From contig JBNRSN020000005.1 of NCBI GenBank assembly GCA_051313645.2, positions 160,270,001-160,334,000 of the forward strand: 64,000 bases of DNA, given 5' to 3'. Origin of the DNA: Centroscyllium fabricii (taxonomy: Eukaryota). Made by a program: the position numbers and the translations under genes. Below, in pieces: positions 11,456 through 24,485 of the stretch (the first letter of the stretch is position 1; every line of letters begins with the position of its first letter). The notes beneath the pieces were generated by a model. That model had not been told where the DNA came from. It did not search any database and saw nothing but the letters and a program-made list of their open reading frames with translations.

Positions 11456-14400
11456 CAATTCAATTCAATTAAATTCAATTTTATTGTCACTGCAGTGTAC
11501 TAGTACAATACAACAAAACATAGATTCGCCGCTCCCGAGAGTAGTGCAAATAAGTTACATAACATGGATTGCATACAATAAAGTGCATTTCAAGTGTGCG
11601 AATAATGGAGTTTTTTGTTAGCGTTCAGGAGGCTGACTGCCCTGGGGAAGAAGTTGTTCTTGAATCTGTTTGTGCGGGTGCGAATTGATCTGTAGCATCT
11701 CGTGGAGGGTAGGGGGGCGAACAGACTATGGCTGGGGTGTGCAGGGTCTTTAATAATGTTCTGAGACCTCCGTAGGCAGCGTTTCAGGTAGGTGCTTTCA
11801 ATTGATGGTAGCTGGGTGCCAGTGATTCGTTGGGCAGTTTTGACTACCCACTGCAGGGCCTTCCGGTCCGAGATGGTGCAGTTTCCATACCAGACTGTGA
11901 TGCAGTTTGTCAGTATGCTTTCAATTGTGCAGCGGTAGAAGTTGGTGAGGATGCCGGAGGTCAGCTTGGCCTTTTTCAGCTTCCTTAGGAAGTACAGGCG
12001 CTGTTGGGCTTTCTTTATCAGAGAGGAGGTGTTTAGTGACCAGGAGAGGTCTTCCGAGATGTGGACCCCGAGGAACTTGAAGCTGGACACCCTTTCCACC
12101 TCAGCCCCTTGGATGAAGATGGGGGTGTGTCTTCCACCTTTCGTCTTCCAGAAGTCCACTATGATCTCCTTGGTTTTCTTGCTGTTTAGTGCCAGGTTGT
12201 TGTCGGCACACATCCCACAAGGCGCTGAATCTCATCCCTGTAGGCTGACTCATCGTTGTTGGTGATCTGGCCAACCACCGTGGTGTCGTCCGCAAACTTC
12301 ATGATCTTGTTGGAGCCGTGAACAGCCACACAGTCGTGGGTAAAGAGGGAGTAGAGGAGGGGGCTCAGCACACAGCCTTGTGAGGCCCCCGTGTTCAGGG
12401 TAAGGTGTGGGGGGAGGTGAGGTTGCCTAACTTCACAGACTGTGGTCTGTTGGTTAGGAAGTCCATGGTCCAGTTGCAGAGGGAGGTGTTCAGGCCAAGG
12501 GTGAGGAGTTTGGTAGACAGCTTGCTGGAGACGATAGTGTTGAATGCTGAGCTGTAGTCGATGAACAGCATTCTGATATAGGTTTCTTTGCTATCCAGGT
12601 GGTTTAGTGCAGAATGAAGAGCCGTTGTGATTGCATCTTCCATTGATGTTTCCTCGATAGGTGAACTGGTATTGGTCCAGGGCAGCGGGGACGCTGGCTT
12701 TGACGTGGGCCAGGACCAGCCGCTCAAAACACTTCATGATTATGGGTGTGAGTGCGACAGGGCGGGAGTCATTCAGGCACGTCACGGCCTTTTTCTTGGG
12801 CACCGGGATGATGGTGGTGGTCTTGAAGCAGGTAGGGGCAGCTGCCTTAGCCAGTGACAAGTTGAAGATGTTGGTGAAGACCTCAGCCAGTTGGTCAGCA
12901 CAGTCTTTGAGTGCCCGGCCAGGGATGCCGTCAGGACCCGCGGCCTTCCGTGCGTTCACTCCACGTAGAGCACCTCTTACATCGGAGGAGGACAGTATTA
13001 GTAACTGGTCGTCCGGAGATGGCAAGACTTTGGTGGCTGGCTCCCTGTTGTCCCTGTCAAAGCAAGCGTAGAAGTTGTTGAGTTCCTCCGGTAGGGAGGC
13101 ATCACTGGTCGGGGAGCTGGTGTTCTTGCACTTGTAGTCCATGATGGACTGGATGCCTTGCCACATACGCCGAGGGTCCGAGTTGTTGTAGAAGTGTTCC
13201 TCTATCTTCAGTGCCTGATTGCGTTTGGCAGGCCTGATTCCCCTCTTTAGGTTGGCCCTGCCTGTGCTGTAATCCGCCACGTCACCAGATTTGAAAGCTG
13301 CGTCGCGTGCTTTCAGCAGCGAGCGGACCTCCCCATTCATCCAGGGTTTCTGGTTGGCATATGTCTTGATAGATTTTTGGGTAGTGGCCACCTCAACGCA
13401 GCTGTTGATGTAGAATAGCACTGTGGATGCGTATTCCTCGATGTCCGTGTGAGCAAACATGCTCCATTCAGTGCGTTCGAAGCAGTCTTGTAGCTCTGAG
13501 ACTGCCCCTTCTGGCCATACCCTAACTGTTTTGACTGGAGCTTTCACCCTTTTGATGAATGGTTTGTATGGTCGGATTTCCCGAGGTGGGGGCAGGGGAT
13601 GGCCTTCTAAGCCTCTGCAATGTTGGTGTAAACTTGGTCCAGCGTGTTCTTGCCCCTTGTGGGGAAGGAGACATTCTGGTGGAATTTCGGGATTACGGAT
13701 TTGAGGTTAGCATGGTTTGAAGTCACCCGCCACGATAAAGGCTCCCTCTGGATGTGCGGTCTGCTGCTTGCTGATGGCCCTGTATAGATCCTTTAGTGCC
13801 AGTTTGGCATTAGCACGTGGAGGGATGTAGACCGCAGTGAAGATGCCGGCTGTGAATTCCCAAGGCAGGTAAAAGGGTCTGCACCTTACCGTGAGGAATT
13901 CTAGATCGGCAGAGCAGGAACGTTCGATCAATTCCACGTTCGTGCCCCAGGCGTTGTTCGTGTAGATGCACAGGCCGCCTCCCTTTCTCTAACTGGAGTC
14001 GGCTGTTCTGTCAGCGTGGAAGATCATGTGACCTGCCAGTTGGGTGGCGGAGTCAGGAATGCCATCGTTCAGCCAGGTCTCCATGAAGATCATGGAGCAG
14101 CATTCCTTGATCCTGGTCTGCGTGGAAAGGCCAAGTTTGATTTCTTCCATTTTATTCTCTAGGGACCTGACGTTGGCCAGGTAGATACTGGGCAGAGAGG
14201 GTTTGTGAGGGGCCCTCTTCAGCCTGGTGAGGGTCCTTGCTCTCTTACCTCTCTTTTGCTTGCATTCTCTTCGCGGCCTCTGCCGCCGCCGCCCCCCCCC
14301 TCCCCCCCTCCGCCCGCTGGACGCCACGCTGCTGCTGCCTTGTTAATTTCAGCTAGGAGATCAATATTGCAATCTGGCAGTGAAAGTCCCCCGCAACCGA

Positions 14401-14545
14401 CCCCGATACCGAGCAGAGTTTGCTGGCTGTAGCGGAGGTCCGCTCTCGATTTCCTGGAGAGCAGACCTAGGAGGATGAAGATGTAGAAGGTTAGTCTCGG
14501 GAGAGACAAAGCCGCTGCGATCGTGCGCGCTGCCATTTTGAACCA
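11456..14545 (-). mobile_element. Near full-length Rex1/Babar-clade LINE (APE endonuclease + RT), decayed
   Basis: [55 protein letters not shown]; (AATTG)n 3' tail; frameshifts and stops. Confidence 0.92.
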
Positions 14546-15517
14546 AGTAGTGTATTTCTGATTATTCGCTGTATTATTTTGCTTCTGTGCAATTATAATT
14601 CCTGTAAATAAATTTGACTACACATTTGATTGATATGGTCCAACAGCATGGTATTTTCCATTTTCTTGGAGTGGACAGGAGAGCAGGCTGTAAAAGAATG
14701 CAACAATAGGATAATTGTTCATTCAAGAATAACCTTCTGCACCAGTTTCCTCACTGCTTTGGAGCAACCTGCAGATGATTTTGAAAATGTCACTCATGCC
14801 ATGGTACTTTACATTTGTGTAAATCCCTCCAACAACATTGCACTGATGTCCAAAGTGCTCTGCTGCACGTTCTCCAGCAGCAGACTGCACATAAGTAGCC
14901 TCAAAAGATGTAGAAAATGCCTTCTGCTCCCATATTAATGGCTGTTTGAAGGCTGACCCAATTGGATGGCAATGCTGTTGCCCACAGCAATATAGCCAGA
15001 TCTATCTTCCTCCTCTCCTTCCAACTCTATTTGTTCCTCCTCCTTTGCGAGTTGTGCTCCACCTGGTACTCATTCCTTAAAATCACTAACAACATTCTCC
15101 AGGATAGTAACGGCTGGGCTGGTGCTTGAGGCAGGTGGCATACCTGACACAATGCCCTTGAAGTGTCTGAGGCCATGCTTCTATTTCCTGCACCCTCCTC
15201 ATTTTGGTAATGTGGTAATCATATTACCATTGTATATAGTTGGGTTACACTACAGACCAGCATGTATAGTGGCTGGGTGCACTGTATATAGTATTGTATA
15301 AGGACACTGTCGCGAGGTCAGGTCAGCCACACCTCTAACTCCTCCCCTCAGGTGAGAGACTTATAGGTGAGGTCTGACCTGCCCCCATTCATTCTGTACT
15401 CGATGTTCGACTGGAGGCTAGCTCCATTCTTAAGTGATTAAAAGCCTATAGTTAAGGTAACTACTCGTCTTTGTCTTATTGACGATACGTCAATTTTAAT
15501 CACTTAAATTTTTCGAA

Positions 15518-18500
15518 ATGGAGAGCGGCGCTGTGAAACCCCGAAAAGCTGGATATTAATCCACAGGAACCAGACGCCGCCAACACGTTTGAACATTGGT
15601 TCAGCCTTGTTGAGGCCTACATGGCGGCCGCCAAGGCGACGACCGACGGGGACAAATTACACGTCCTCTCGTCCAGGATCACCAGCCGGGTGTACTCCTT
15701 CATCCACGGCACCACAACGTATGCAGAGGCAGTGGAGAAACTGAAGGCATGCTACGTGCACCCGGTCCACTCGGTCTATGCCAGACACGTGCTGGCGACC
15801 AGACAACAACGGCTCGGTGAGTCGAACGAACATTATCTGTTGGCACTTCAAGCCCTCGCCCGGGCCTGTGACTGCCAGCCACGAACGGCGCAGGAGGAGA
15901 CGAATCTCCTCGTTCGAGACGCCTACGTGACGGGAATCAGGTCCAGCCAGCCCCGCCAGCGGTTGCTGAAAAAAGAGACTTTATCACTGGAGGAGGCGAT
16001 CTCCATCTCTAACGCAGTGGATGGAACACGCCGCAGGCTAGAGGCCTATAACGGCCAAGGCCCACAAGACACCCTCGATCCCTGGGCGGCCCCACGACAG
16101 GTCGAGAACCTCACAATGGCAGCGGCAGCCGCGAAGATGCCGTCTGATCGAAAATGCTACTTCTGCGGCCCGGGACAGCATCCGCGAGCGAAATGCCCCA
16201 CGAGGACCGCGACCTGTGAGAGATGTGGCAAAAAGGGACACTACGCCAGGGCCTGCAAATCGGCCCCAGCGCCCAGCTCCAGACACAACAGCGTGGCCTG
16301 CGAGAGCTCCAACGTCATCCCATGGCCTAAGGTAAGCTGCTGTTGCAGCGCAACCCAGCAGCGGTCCGGGGGTAGATTACAGGCGCCCCCATCTCCCACC
16401 CCTATACGGCAGAGGCCGGCCGCGCACACAGCACGGGCACCACCACGCCAAAGACGGCCGCGGCCGACCATGGGCGACCCCCCAATGCCGGCACCTCGCC
16501 CAGCGCGGTCCGCTGCGTGCGAATCACGTGAGCCGCCAACTCGGCCACCGCGGTCCGCCACGTGCGAACCACGGGCACCGCCATCGTGTCCACCGCGGCC
16601 CGCCACGTGCGAATCACAGGTGCCGCCATCTTGTCTTCAGCGGCCAGCCATGTGCGACTCCCCGGCGCCGCCATCTTGTCTTCAGCGGCCAGCCATGTGC
16701 GACTCCCCGGCGCTGCCATCTTGTCTCCAATGGCCAGCCATGTGCGACCCCCCCGGCGCCGCCATCTTGTCCACCGCGGTCAGCCGCGTGCGCACCACGG
16801 GCGCCGCCATCTTGTGCACGGCCCCGGCTAGCGGAAGGCCCCCACACACACACACACACACACACTTCGGCCTCACCCATTGTCAACCAGGCTAGGCCGC
16901 ACACCCTATCAAATTCCATGATGGGGATTAAAGTTAACGGCCACATCACCAACTGCCTGTTCGACACCGGAAGCACAGAGAGCTTCATTCACCCCGACAC
17001 AGTGCGGCGCTACGCACTGCAGACCCTGCCCACGCACTACCAAATCTCCCTTGCTTCAAAGTCCCACACGGCGGATGTCACCGGCTACTGCTCCGTCACA
17101 CTCACGGTCAGGGACTGCGTGTACCGTAATTTTAAACTGTACATCCTCCAGCAGTTGTGCGCCCCAGTCTTACTGGGACTGGATTTCCAGTGCCACCTGA
17201 AGAGCGTGACAATGGAGTTCGGCGGGACCCTGGTCCCCCTCGCCGTCAGTAGCCGGGACAATCCCTTCCTAAAGCGGAGCCCGACTTGCGGCCTATCCAC
17301 CCTGAAAGTCGACCCCCCCTCGCTGTTCGCCAATCTCGACCCCAACTGCAAACCCATTGCTACCAAGAGTCGGCGTTACATTGCGGGGGACCGGGCATTT
17401 ATCAGGTCGGAAGTCGGGCGTATGCTGCAGGAGGGGATAATTGAAGCCAGCACCAGCTCCTGGCGGGCCCAGGTCGTAGTGGTTAAGACTGGCGAGAAAC
17501 TGCGGATGGTGATCGATTACAGCCAGACCATTAACCGCTACACCGGGCTCGACGCCTACCCCCTTCCCCGCATCTCAGACATGGTTAACCAGATCGCCCA
17601 GTATAAGGTTTTCTCAACAATCGACCTTAAGTCGGCGTATCACCAACTCCCGATCCGGAAAGCCGACCGCCCGTACACCACCTTCGAGGCGAACGGTCGG
17701 CTCTACCACTTCCTCCGGGTCCCCTTCGGCGTGACCAATGGAGTGTCGGTATTCCAAAGGGAGATGGACCGTATGGTTGACCAGAACGGGTTGCAGGCCA
17801 CTTTCCCCTACCTGGACAAGGTGACCATCTGCGGCCATGACCAGCAGGACCATGATGCCAACCTGGCCAAATTCCTCCACACGGCGAAACGGCTCGATCT
17901 CACTTACAATAAAGACAAGTGCGTCTTTAGTACAGATCGGCTCGCCATCCTCGGATACGTGGTGGAAAACGGGGTCCTCGGCCCCGACCCACAGCATATG
18001 CGTCCCTTTCAGGAACTGCCCCTATCTCACAACCCCAAAGCCCTGAGGAGATGTCTGGGATTTTTCTCCTATTACGCGCAATGGGTTCCCCAGTTCGCGG
18101 ATAAGGCCAGACCGCTCCTCAAGGCTGCCGTCTTCCCCCTCTCGGTAGAAGCCCAAAAGGGGTTCGCCCTGATTAAGGAAGATATTATCAAGGCGACCAT
18201 GCACGCCGTTGATGAGTCCATCCCTTTCCAGGTGGAGAGTGACGCTTCGGACTTTGCCCTTGCCGCCACCCTGAATCAGGCAGGCAGGCCCATAGCGTTT
18301 TTCTCCCGCACCCTACAGGGACCCGAAACTCGCCGCTCTGCAGTGGAAAAGGAGGCCCAGGCCATCGTGGAGGCCGTGCGCTACTGGCGTCATTACCTGG
18401 CCGGTAAGCGTTTTACCCTGCTCACCGACCAACGGTCGGTCGCGTTTATGTTTAACAATAAACAAAAGGGTAAAATCAAGAATGATAAGATCCTGCGGTG

Positions 18501-21205
18501 GCGGATCGAGCTCTCGACTTACGAGTACGACATTCTTTACCGACCAGGCAAACTCAATGAACCCCCGGACGCACTGTCCAGGGGAACGTGCGCCAGTGCC
18601 CAGCTAGACCGGCTGAAGGACCTCCACGATCGCCTCTGCCACCCAGGTATCACCAGACTTGCCCATTTCGTTAAATCCCGTAGCCTCCCCTACTCCATCA
18701 CGGAGATCAAGGCTATGACCCGAGAGTGCCGTGTTTGCGCCGAGTGCAAATCCCAATTTTACAGGCCAGGCACGGCGCACCTCATTAAGGCCACCCGCCC
18801 CATTGAACGTCTAAGCGTGGACTTCAAAGGCCCCCTCCCCTCCACCGACCGCAACTCGTACTTCCTCACGGTCGTGGATGAGTTCTCCCGCTTCCCCTTT
18901 GCCTTCCCCTGCCCAGATATGACGAGCACAACATAGAAACATAGAAACATAGAAAATAGGTGCAGGAGTAGACCATTCGGTCCGTCGAGCCTGCACCGCC
19001 ATTCAATACGTTCATGGCTGAACACAAGAACACAAGAACACAGGAACACAAGAACACAAGAACTAGGAGCAGGAGTAGGTCAATCGGCCCCCCGAGCCCG
19101 CCCCCCCACCCATCAAGATCATTGCTGATCCTACCCTAACCTTCATACCACTATCACCCTTCTCCCACCCAAAGAACCGTGTGATCTCCTGGGAGAGGCG
19201 AAAAACCGGATAAAAACCCTGGTCCAATTTGGGAAAAAAAAATCCAGGAAATTCCTCTCCGACCCCCATCCAGGCGATCGAAACTTGTCCAGGAGATCAC
19301 TCAGGTCTTACTATACTAACCATAACTCAGGTCCACTTCCCTGCCCGCTCCCCGTAACCCCTAATTCCCTTGTCTGCTAAAAAACAGTCTATTTCGGTTT
19401 TAAATTTATTTAATGTTCCCGCTTCCACAGCTCCCTGAGGCAGTGAATTCCATAGACTAACCACCCTCTGGGTGAAGAAGTTTCTCCTCATCTCAGTTTT
19501 AAAAGAGCCCCCCCTTATTCTAAGACTATGCCCCCTAGTTCTAGTCTCCCCGATCATTGGAAACATACTTGGCGCATCCACCCGATCAAGGCCCCTCACG
19601 ATCTTATACGTTTCAATAAGATCGCCTCTCATTCTTCTGAACTCTAAAGAGTAGAGTCCCAACCTACTTAACCTTTCCTCATATGTCAACCCCCTCATCG
19701 CTGGAATTAACCGTGTAAACCTTCTCTGCACTGCCTCCAAGGCAAGTACATCCTTTCTTAAGTATGGACACCAAAACTGTACACAGTATTCCAAATGCGG
19801 TCTCACCAATACTGTGTACAGCTGCAGCAAGACCTCCCTTCTTTTATACTCTATCCCCCTAGCAATAAAGGCTAAGACTCCATTGGCCTTCCTAATCACT
19901 TGCTGCACCTGCATACTAACTTTTTGTGATTCATGCACTAATACCCCCAAGTCCCTTTGCGTTGTATTACCACGCAGCTCCTCCCCCTTTAGAAAATAAC
20001 TTGCTCTATGATTTTTTTTTCCAAAATGTATAACCTCACATTTATCAGTATTAAATTTCATCTGCCAAATTGCTGCCCAATCACCTAGCTTATCTATGTC
20101 CTTTTGCAGGCTTTTTCTGTCCTCCTCACTCCCTGCTTTTCCTCCCATTTTTGTGTCATCTGCAAACTTTGATATATTACACTTGGTCCCCTCCTCCAAA
20201 TCATTTATATAGATTGTAAACAGCTGGGGTCCCAGCACCGACCCCTGTGGAACACCGCTAGTCACCGATTGCCATCCCGAGTATGAACCATTTATCCCCA
20301 CTCTCTGCTTCCTGTTTGAAAGCCAATCCTCCACCCATGCTACTATATTTCCCCCAATCCCATAATTTTTTATTTTAAGCAATAGCCTCTTATGTGGCAC
20401 CTTGTCAAAAGCCTTTTGGAAGTCCAAGTATACCACATCCACCGGTTCCCCTTTATCCACCCGAGATGTTACTTCCTCAAAGAAGTCGAGCAAATTAGTT
20501 AAACATGACTTCCCCTTCGTAAAAACAGTGATAAGACACTTCACCACACTGTTCGCCATTTTCGGTCTCCCCAGCTACATCCATAGCGACCGGGGGTCGT
20601 CGTTCATGAGCGACGAATTGCGTCAGTTTCTGCTTCAGAAAGGGGTTGCCTCAAGCAGAACGACCAGTTACAACCCCCGGGGGAATGGCCAGGTAGACAG
20701 GGAGAACGGGATCATCTGGAAGGCGGTCAGCCTGGCCCTGAAGTCCAGAGGCCTTCCAGTGTCCCGTTGGCAGGTAGTCCTCCCAGACGCGCTCCACTCC
20801 ATCCGCTCTCTGCTGTGTACGGCTACAAACGCCACACCTCATGATTTATTATTTTCATTCCCCAGGAAGTCGACTTCGGGGACGGCACTCCCACTGTGGC
20901 TCACAATGCCGGGGCCGGTCTTACTTAGGAAACATGTCCGCGGCCATAAGACCGACCCCCTGGTGGAAAAGGTGCAGCTGCTGCACGCCAACCTGCAGTA
21001 CGCCTATGTGCAGTTCCCGGACGGGCACGAGGACACAGTTTCCATCAGGGACCTAGCGCCCGCCGGGAGCACTACAGCAGAGCCCCTGGTCGAGCCTCAG
21101 CCCGACCAGCCACCACCTACCGACCACTGGCCTACACACCAACCACCACCTACCGGATACTGGCCTATGCACACGCACACACCGGGGCCCCCGGCACTAT
21201 CAGCT
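15518..21205 (+). pseudogene. Element B gag-pol, with frameshifts and a CR1 insertion in the integrase
   Basis: ORFs 15621-16895, 16528-18936 and 20524-21205 are collinear with A and F. Confidence 0.93.
18931..20523 (-). mobile_element. 5'-truncated CR1 LINE with open RT C-terminus and two stacked 3' tails
   Basis: ORF 19327-20523: [44 protein letters not shown]; (TTCTTGTG)n and (TTCTATGT)n tails. Confidence 0.96.
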
Positions 21206-22039
21206 GTCAGGTAAGAGAAAAGGAATAAGAGTTTTGAAGAAGCCCCCAGAGAACGGCTAGCAAAACAGGTAAGATCACAGGAATTTTCGGACAATGTTTT
21301 CCTCAGCAAAACTGTCCCAAACCAGCCGGTATAGCAGCTGAGGAGGAAGGGAAATCTGTCTACAACCAGATCCCCACCCCTAAAACCAGCAATGTTTCCT
21401 CCCTCAAACCCTCCCCCCATCCCTCACCAGCTCCCCACCCAGCAGGGGACCTCAGGCACCCAACATAAGACCAGTCTGCTACATTGAAAAAACAATGGGA
21501 CATAGGGATGGGTGGGAGGTCTGACTTGAGAAACCAAACAAATTCCCTGCCTTTTTGATGCAGTTTCAACAAACCTAGGTAAGAAGACCTGTAAAGGTGT
21601 GGTGGGACTTGCTCCATTAGGCCTGCTTCGCTCAGGTATTTTGGGCATGGAGGTGACCTAGCAAGAAGTCGCCACCAAAGAAGTAGGTCATTTTTTTTAC
21701 GGTTGACATTCTCAGTGGCGCTCCTCCCAGCTCCACAGCACTCCCGAGGGTCGCTGCTGGTCCTGTGATCAGCTCCCCTCCCATTGTTCTCTCTCCACCT
21801 GCCCCGCACCATGGCCCAACCCCCACTTGCTGGCGAGGCAAGTGGCTTGAAATTCACCTGCTTCAAATAGGTGAGTGCCTCTAGGGACGTGATAGGCATT
21901 GGTACCTCGCCTAAATTATCGAAGTGAGTCCCAAGCCCAATCTCACATTGGCTTCATGCCTCCTAACTGCAGTATGCCATCGGCTCATTCCCAAGTTCCA
22001 TCCCAAAGTGTCTGCTTCAATGGCCTTTTGTGATAACTT

Positions 22040-22240
22040 ATTCCGTAAGTCATATGTTATGGAATTCACTGTCTGAAAGGGAGATTCAATAGTTACTTTC
22101 AAAAGGGAATTGGATCTCTACTTAAAAAGGAAAAAATTACAGGGTAATAGGACTAATTGGCAGCTCTTTCAGAGAGCTGGCACAGACACAATGGGCCCGA
22201 ATGGCCTCCTTCTGTCCTGTATGATTCTATGATTCTAAGT
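22040..22240 (+). mobile_element. CR1 3' fragment
   Basis: TGGAATTCACTG...GAATGGCCTCCTTCTGT...(ATTCTATG)n tail. Confidence 0.8.
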
Positions 22241-23025
22241 TTATTACCCTTTAAGAGATGAAATACTACCTGTCCTTCCCTCCTTATTCCCAATTTGTAC
22301 CCTCACCATTGTGAGCAACTTTATAAACTCATTTGACCATCAATCTAAAAAATCACAACTCTTATGAATGTTATTTGAGTTTGTAGGGTACTGTCCCTCC
22401 CTCTTCCCACCCCCTCAGAGTTCAGACCGTGTTGAAGAGGGCGACTGATTTCACAATCCTAAAAATGTCTTTGTAAAACATACTGTTGGCTTGAATAGTC
22501 ATTCACCATGTTGTGGTGAGCCATGAGTATGGAAGAGTTGTATTTGTGGACAATGTCTGCCCAGTCAGTCTGTTTAATCTCTGACACTAATTCAGGAAGC
22601 CAAACCAGTGTCATTTATTAGGGCTCCCCATGGTCTGGCACTGGCCTGTTTGTTGATACATACTTAACCTCGTTTCCTTGTCTTAGGCAAGAGTCTGAGA
22701 ACTGCAGAGCATTAACACGATAGACAAAATCTCACACTGACAAGGCCCAACTTTTCTGTTACAGACCGAGGTACAGAAACCATTTGGTTGTCTCTCCTCT
22801 GTGGCAAGGGGACTGACCTCAGAACATTGCAACTAATAATTATTTCTGTTTCTGTTTTGTGATTTTTACCTCTGACTGAAGATGTTGACTCTGGTCTCTG
22901 GTGTCTCGCCAAAGCAGCCAATCTTCATGTGTGTGTCTAGACAGTGAAGGTTGATAATGCTATTCCACCATGGGGGGTGTCACACCTAAAGCCAATCTTG
23001 TCCTCACCCAGTGCCCAAACACGTC

Positions 23026-23838
23026 TATAGAAACATAGAAACATAGAAGATAGGAGCAGTAGTAGGCCATTCGGCCCCTCAAGCCTGCTCCGCCATTCAA
23101 TGTGATCATATCCCTTGAACCTTTCAGCCTTAAGAAATATATCCAACTCCTTCTTGAATATATTTAATGAATTGGCCTCTACTGCCTTCTGTGGTAGAGA
23201 ATTCCACAGGTTCACCACTCTCTGGGTGAAGAAATTCCACGTTATCTCTGTTCGAAATGGCTTATCCTTTATCCTTAGACTGTGAACCCTGGTTCTGGAC
23301 TCCCCCACCATCGGGAACATCCTTCCTGCATCTAGTCTGTCCAGTCCTGTTAGGATTTTATAAGTTTTAATGAGATCCCCTTTTCATTCTTCTGAACTCC
23401 AGCGAGTACAAGCCCAATTGACCCAATCTCTCCTCCTACGTCATTCCTGCCATCCCAGGTATCAGCCTGGTGAATCTTCGCTGCACTGCTTCCATGGCAA
23501 GAGCATCCTTCTTTAGATAAGGCGACCAAAACTGTACACAATACTCAAGATGTGGTCCCACCAAGGCCCTGTACAACTGCAGAAAGACATCCTTGTTCCT
23601 GTACTCAAACCCTCACGCTACGAAGGCCAACATACCATTTGCCTTCTTGACCGCCTGCTGCACCTGCATGCTTACCTTCAGCGACTGGTGCACAAGGACG
23701 CCCAGGTCTCGTTGCACTTCCCCTTCTCCCAATCTATTGCCATTCAGATAATAATCTGCCTTCTTGTTTTTGACACCAAAGTGGATAACCTCACATTTAT
23801 TCACGTTATATTGCATCTGCCATGCTTCTGCCCAATCA
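23026..23838 (-). mobile_element. CR1 3' fragment
   Basis: KCEVIHFG, QRDLGVLVH, FFTQRVVNLWNSLP; (TTCTATGT)n tail. Confidence 0.92.
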
Positions 23839-24139
23839 CCCTTTCGAATGGGCTGACTGGAGAGTGATCAGGAGCTGGGACCCTGCTGATGTTTCCCCTC
23901 CCTACCCTAGGGTGTTGTACCAATACCACTACCAAACTGAGATCAGCTAGCATGGCACAGGCCCATGACTGAATGTGGCACGTACACAGGAGAGCCCAAT
24001 ACTGCCTTTATCAACTGAGCCATTTTATATAATAACTACGACATTGTTTATTCTGTTGCAATTTGGTTGATTTTTTCCTGTTGTTCCTAGATACAAGATC
24101 ATATTTAGTGATATAAATCGGTGAACAACAGATCAATAA

Positions 24140-24485
24140 ACTATTTGACAGAGAATCACCAACTAATGGGGAAGAGCAAAACTAGAGGCCATTAATATAA
24201 AATAGTCACCAAGAAATCAAATAGGGAATTCAGAAGAAACTTCTTTAACCAGAGAGTGGTGAGAATGTGGAACTCGCTACCACAGGGAGTGGTTGAGGCA
24301 AATAGTATGGATGCATTTCAGGAGAAGCTTGATAACCATATGAGGGAGAAGGGAATAGAGGGTTATGCTGATAGAGTTAGATGAGGAAAGACGGGAGGAG
24401 GCTCGAGTGGAACATAAACCCCGGCATGGACAGGTTGAGCCGAATGGTCTGTTTCTGTGCTGTTTATTCTATGCAATTCTATGAA
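24140..24485 (+). mobile_element. CR1 3' fragment
   Basis: Encodes TRGH...RNFFNQRVVRMWNSLP; ATTCTATG tail. Confidence 0.85.

Larger units (their letters stand above)
15211..21205 (+). mobile_element. Gypsy element B, 3'-truncated (5' LTR 15211-15492), interrupted by CR1
   Basis: 282-bp LTR related to A; gag ATG at 15518; pol to 18930 resuming at 20524; no 3' LTR or PPT found. Confidence 0.95.

Noticed and set aside
13572-13706. Suspected inversion in the Rex1 endonuclease
   Set aside because: Hand translation is collinear (GDFNH...TRG..TLD...KSDH) with a frameshift, a stop and a small deletion
16500-16815. Regular repeats resembling a CRISPR array
   Set aside because: Coding tandem repeats without unique spacers, in a eukaryotic context with no cas genes
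20402-21214. Apparent CR1-integrase fusion ORFs (20402-21214 and 19327-20559)
   Set aside because: Chance read-through across an antisense insertion junction
21205-21900. Possible env-like or extra ORF after element B (21360-21899)
   Set aside because: Unrelated to the 3' ends of sister copies, with no env features; more likely a deletion junction into an old repeat
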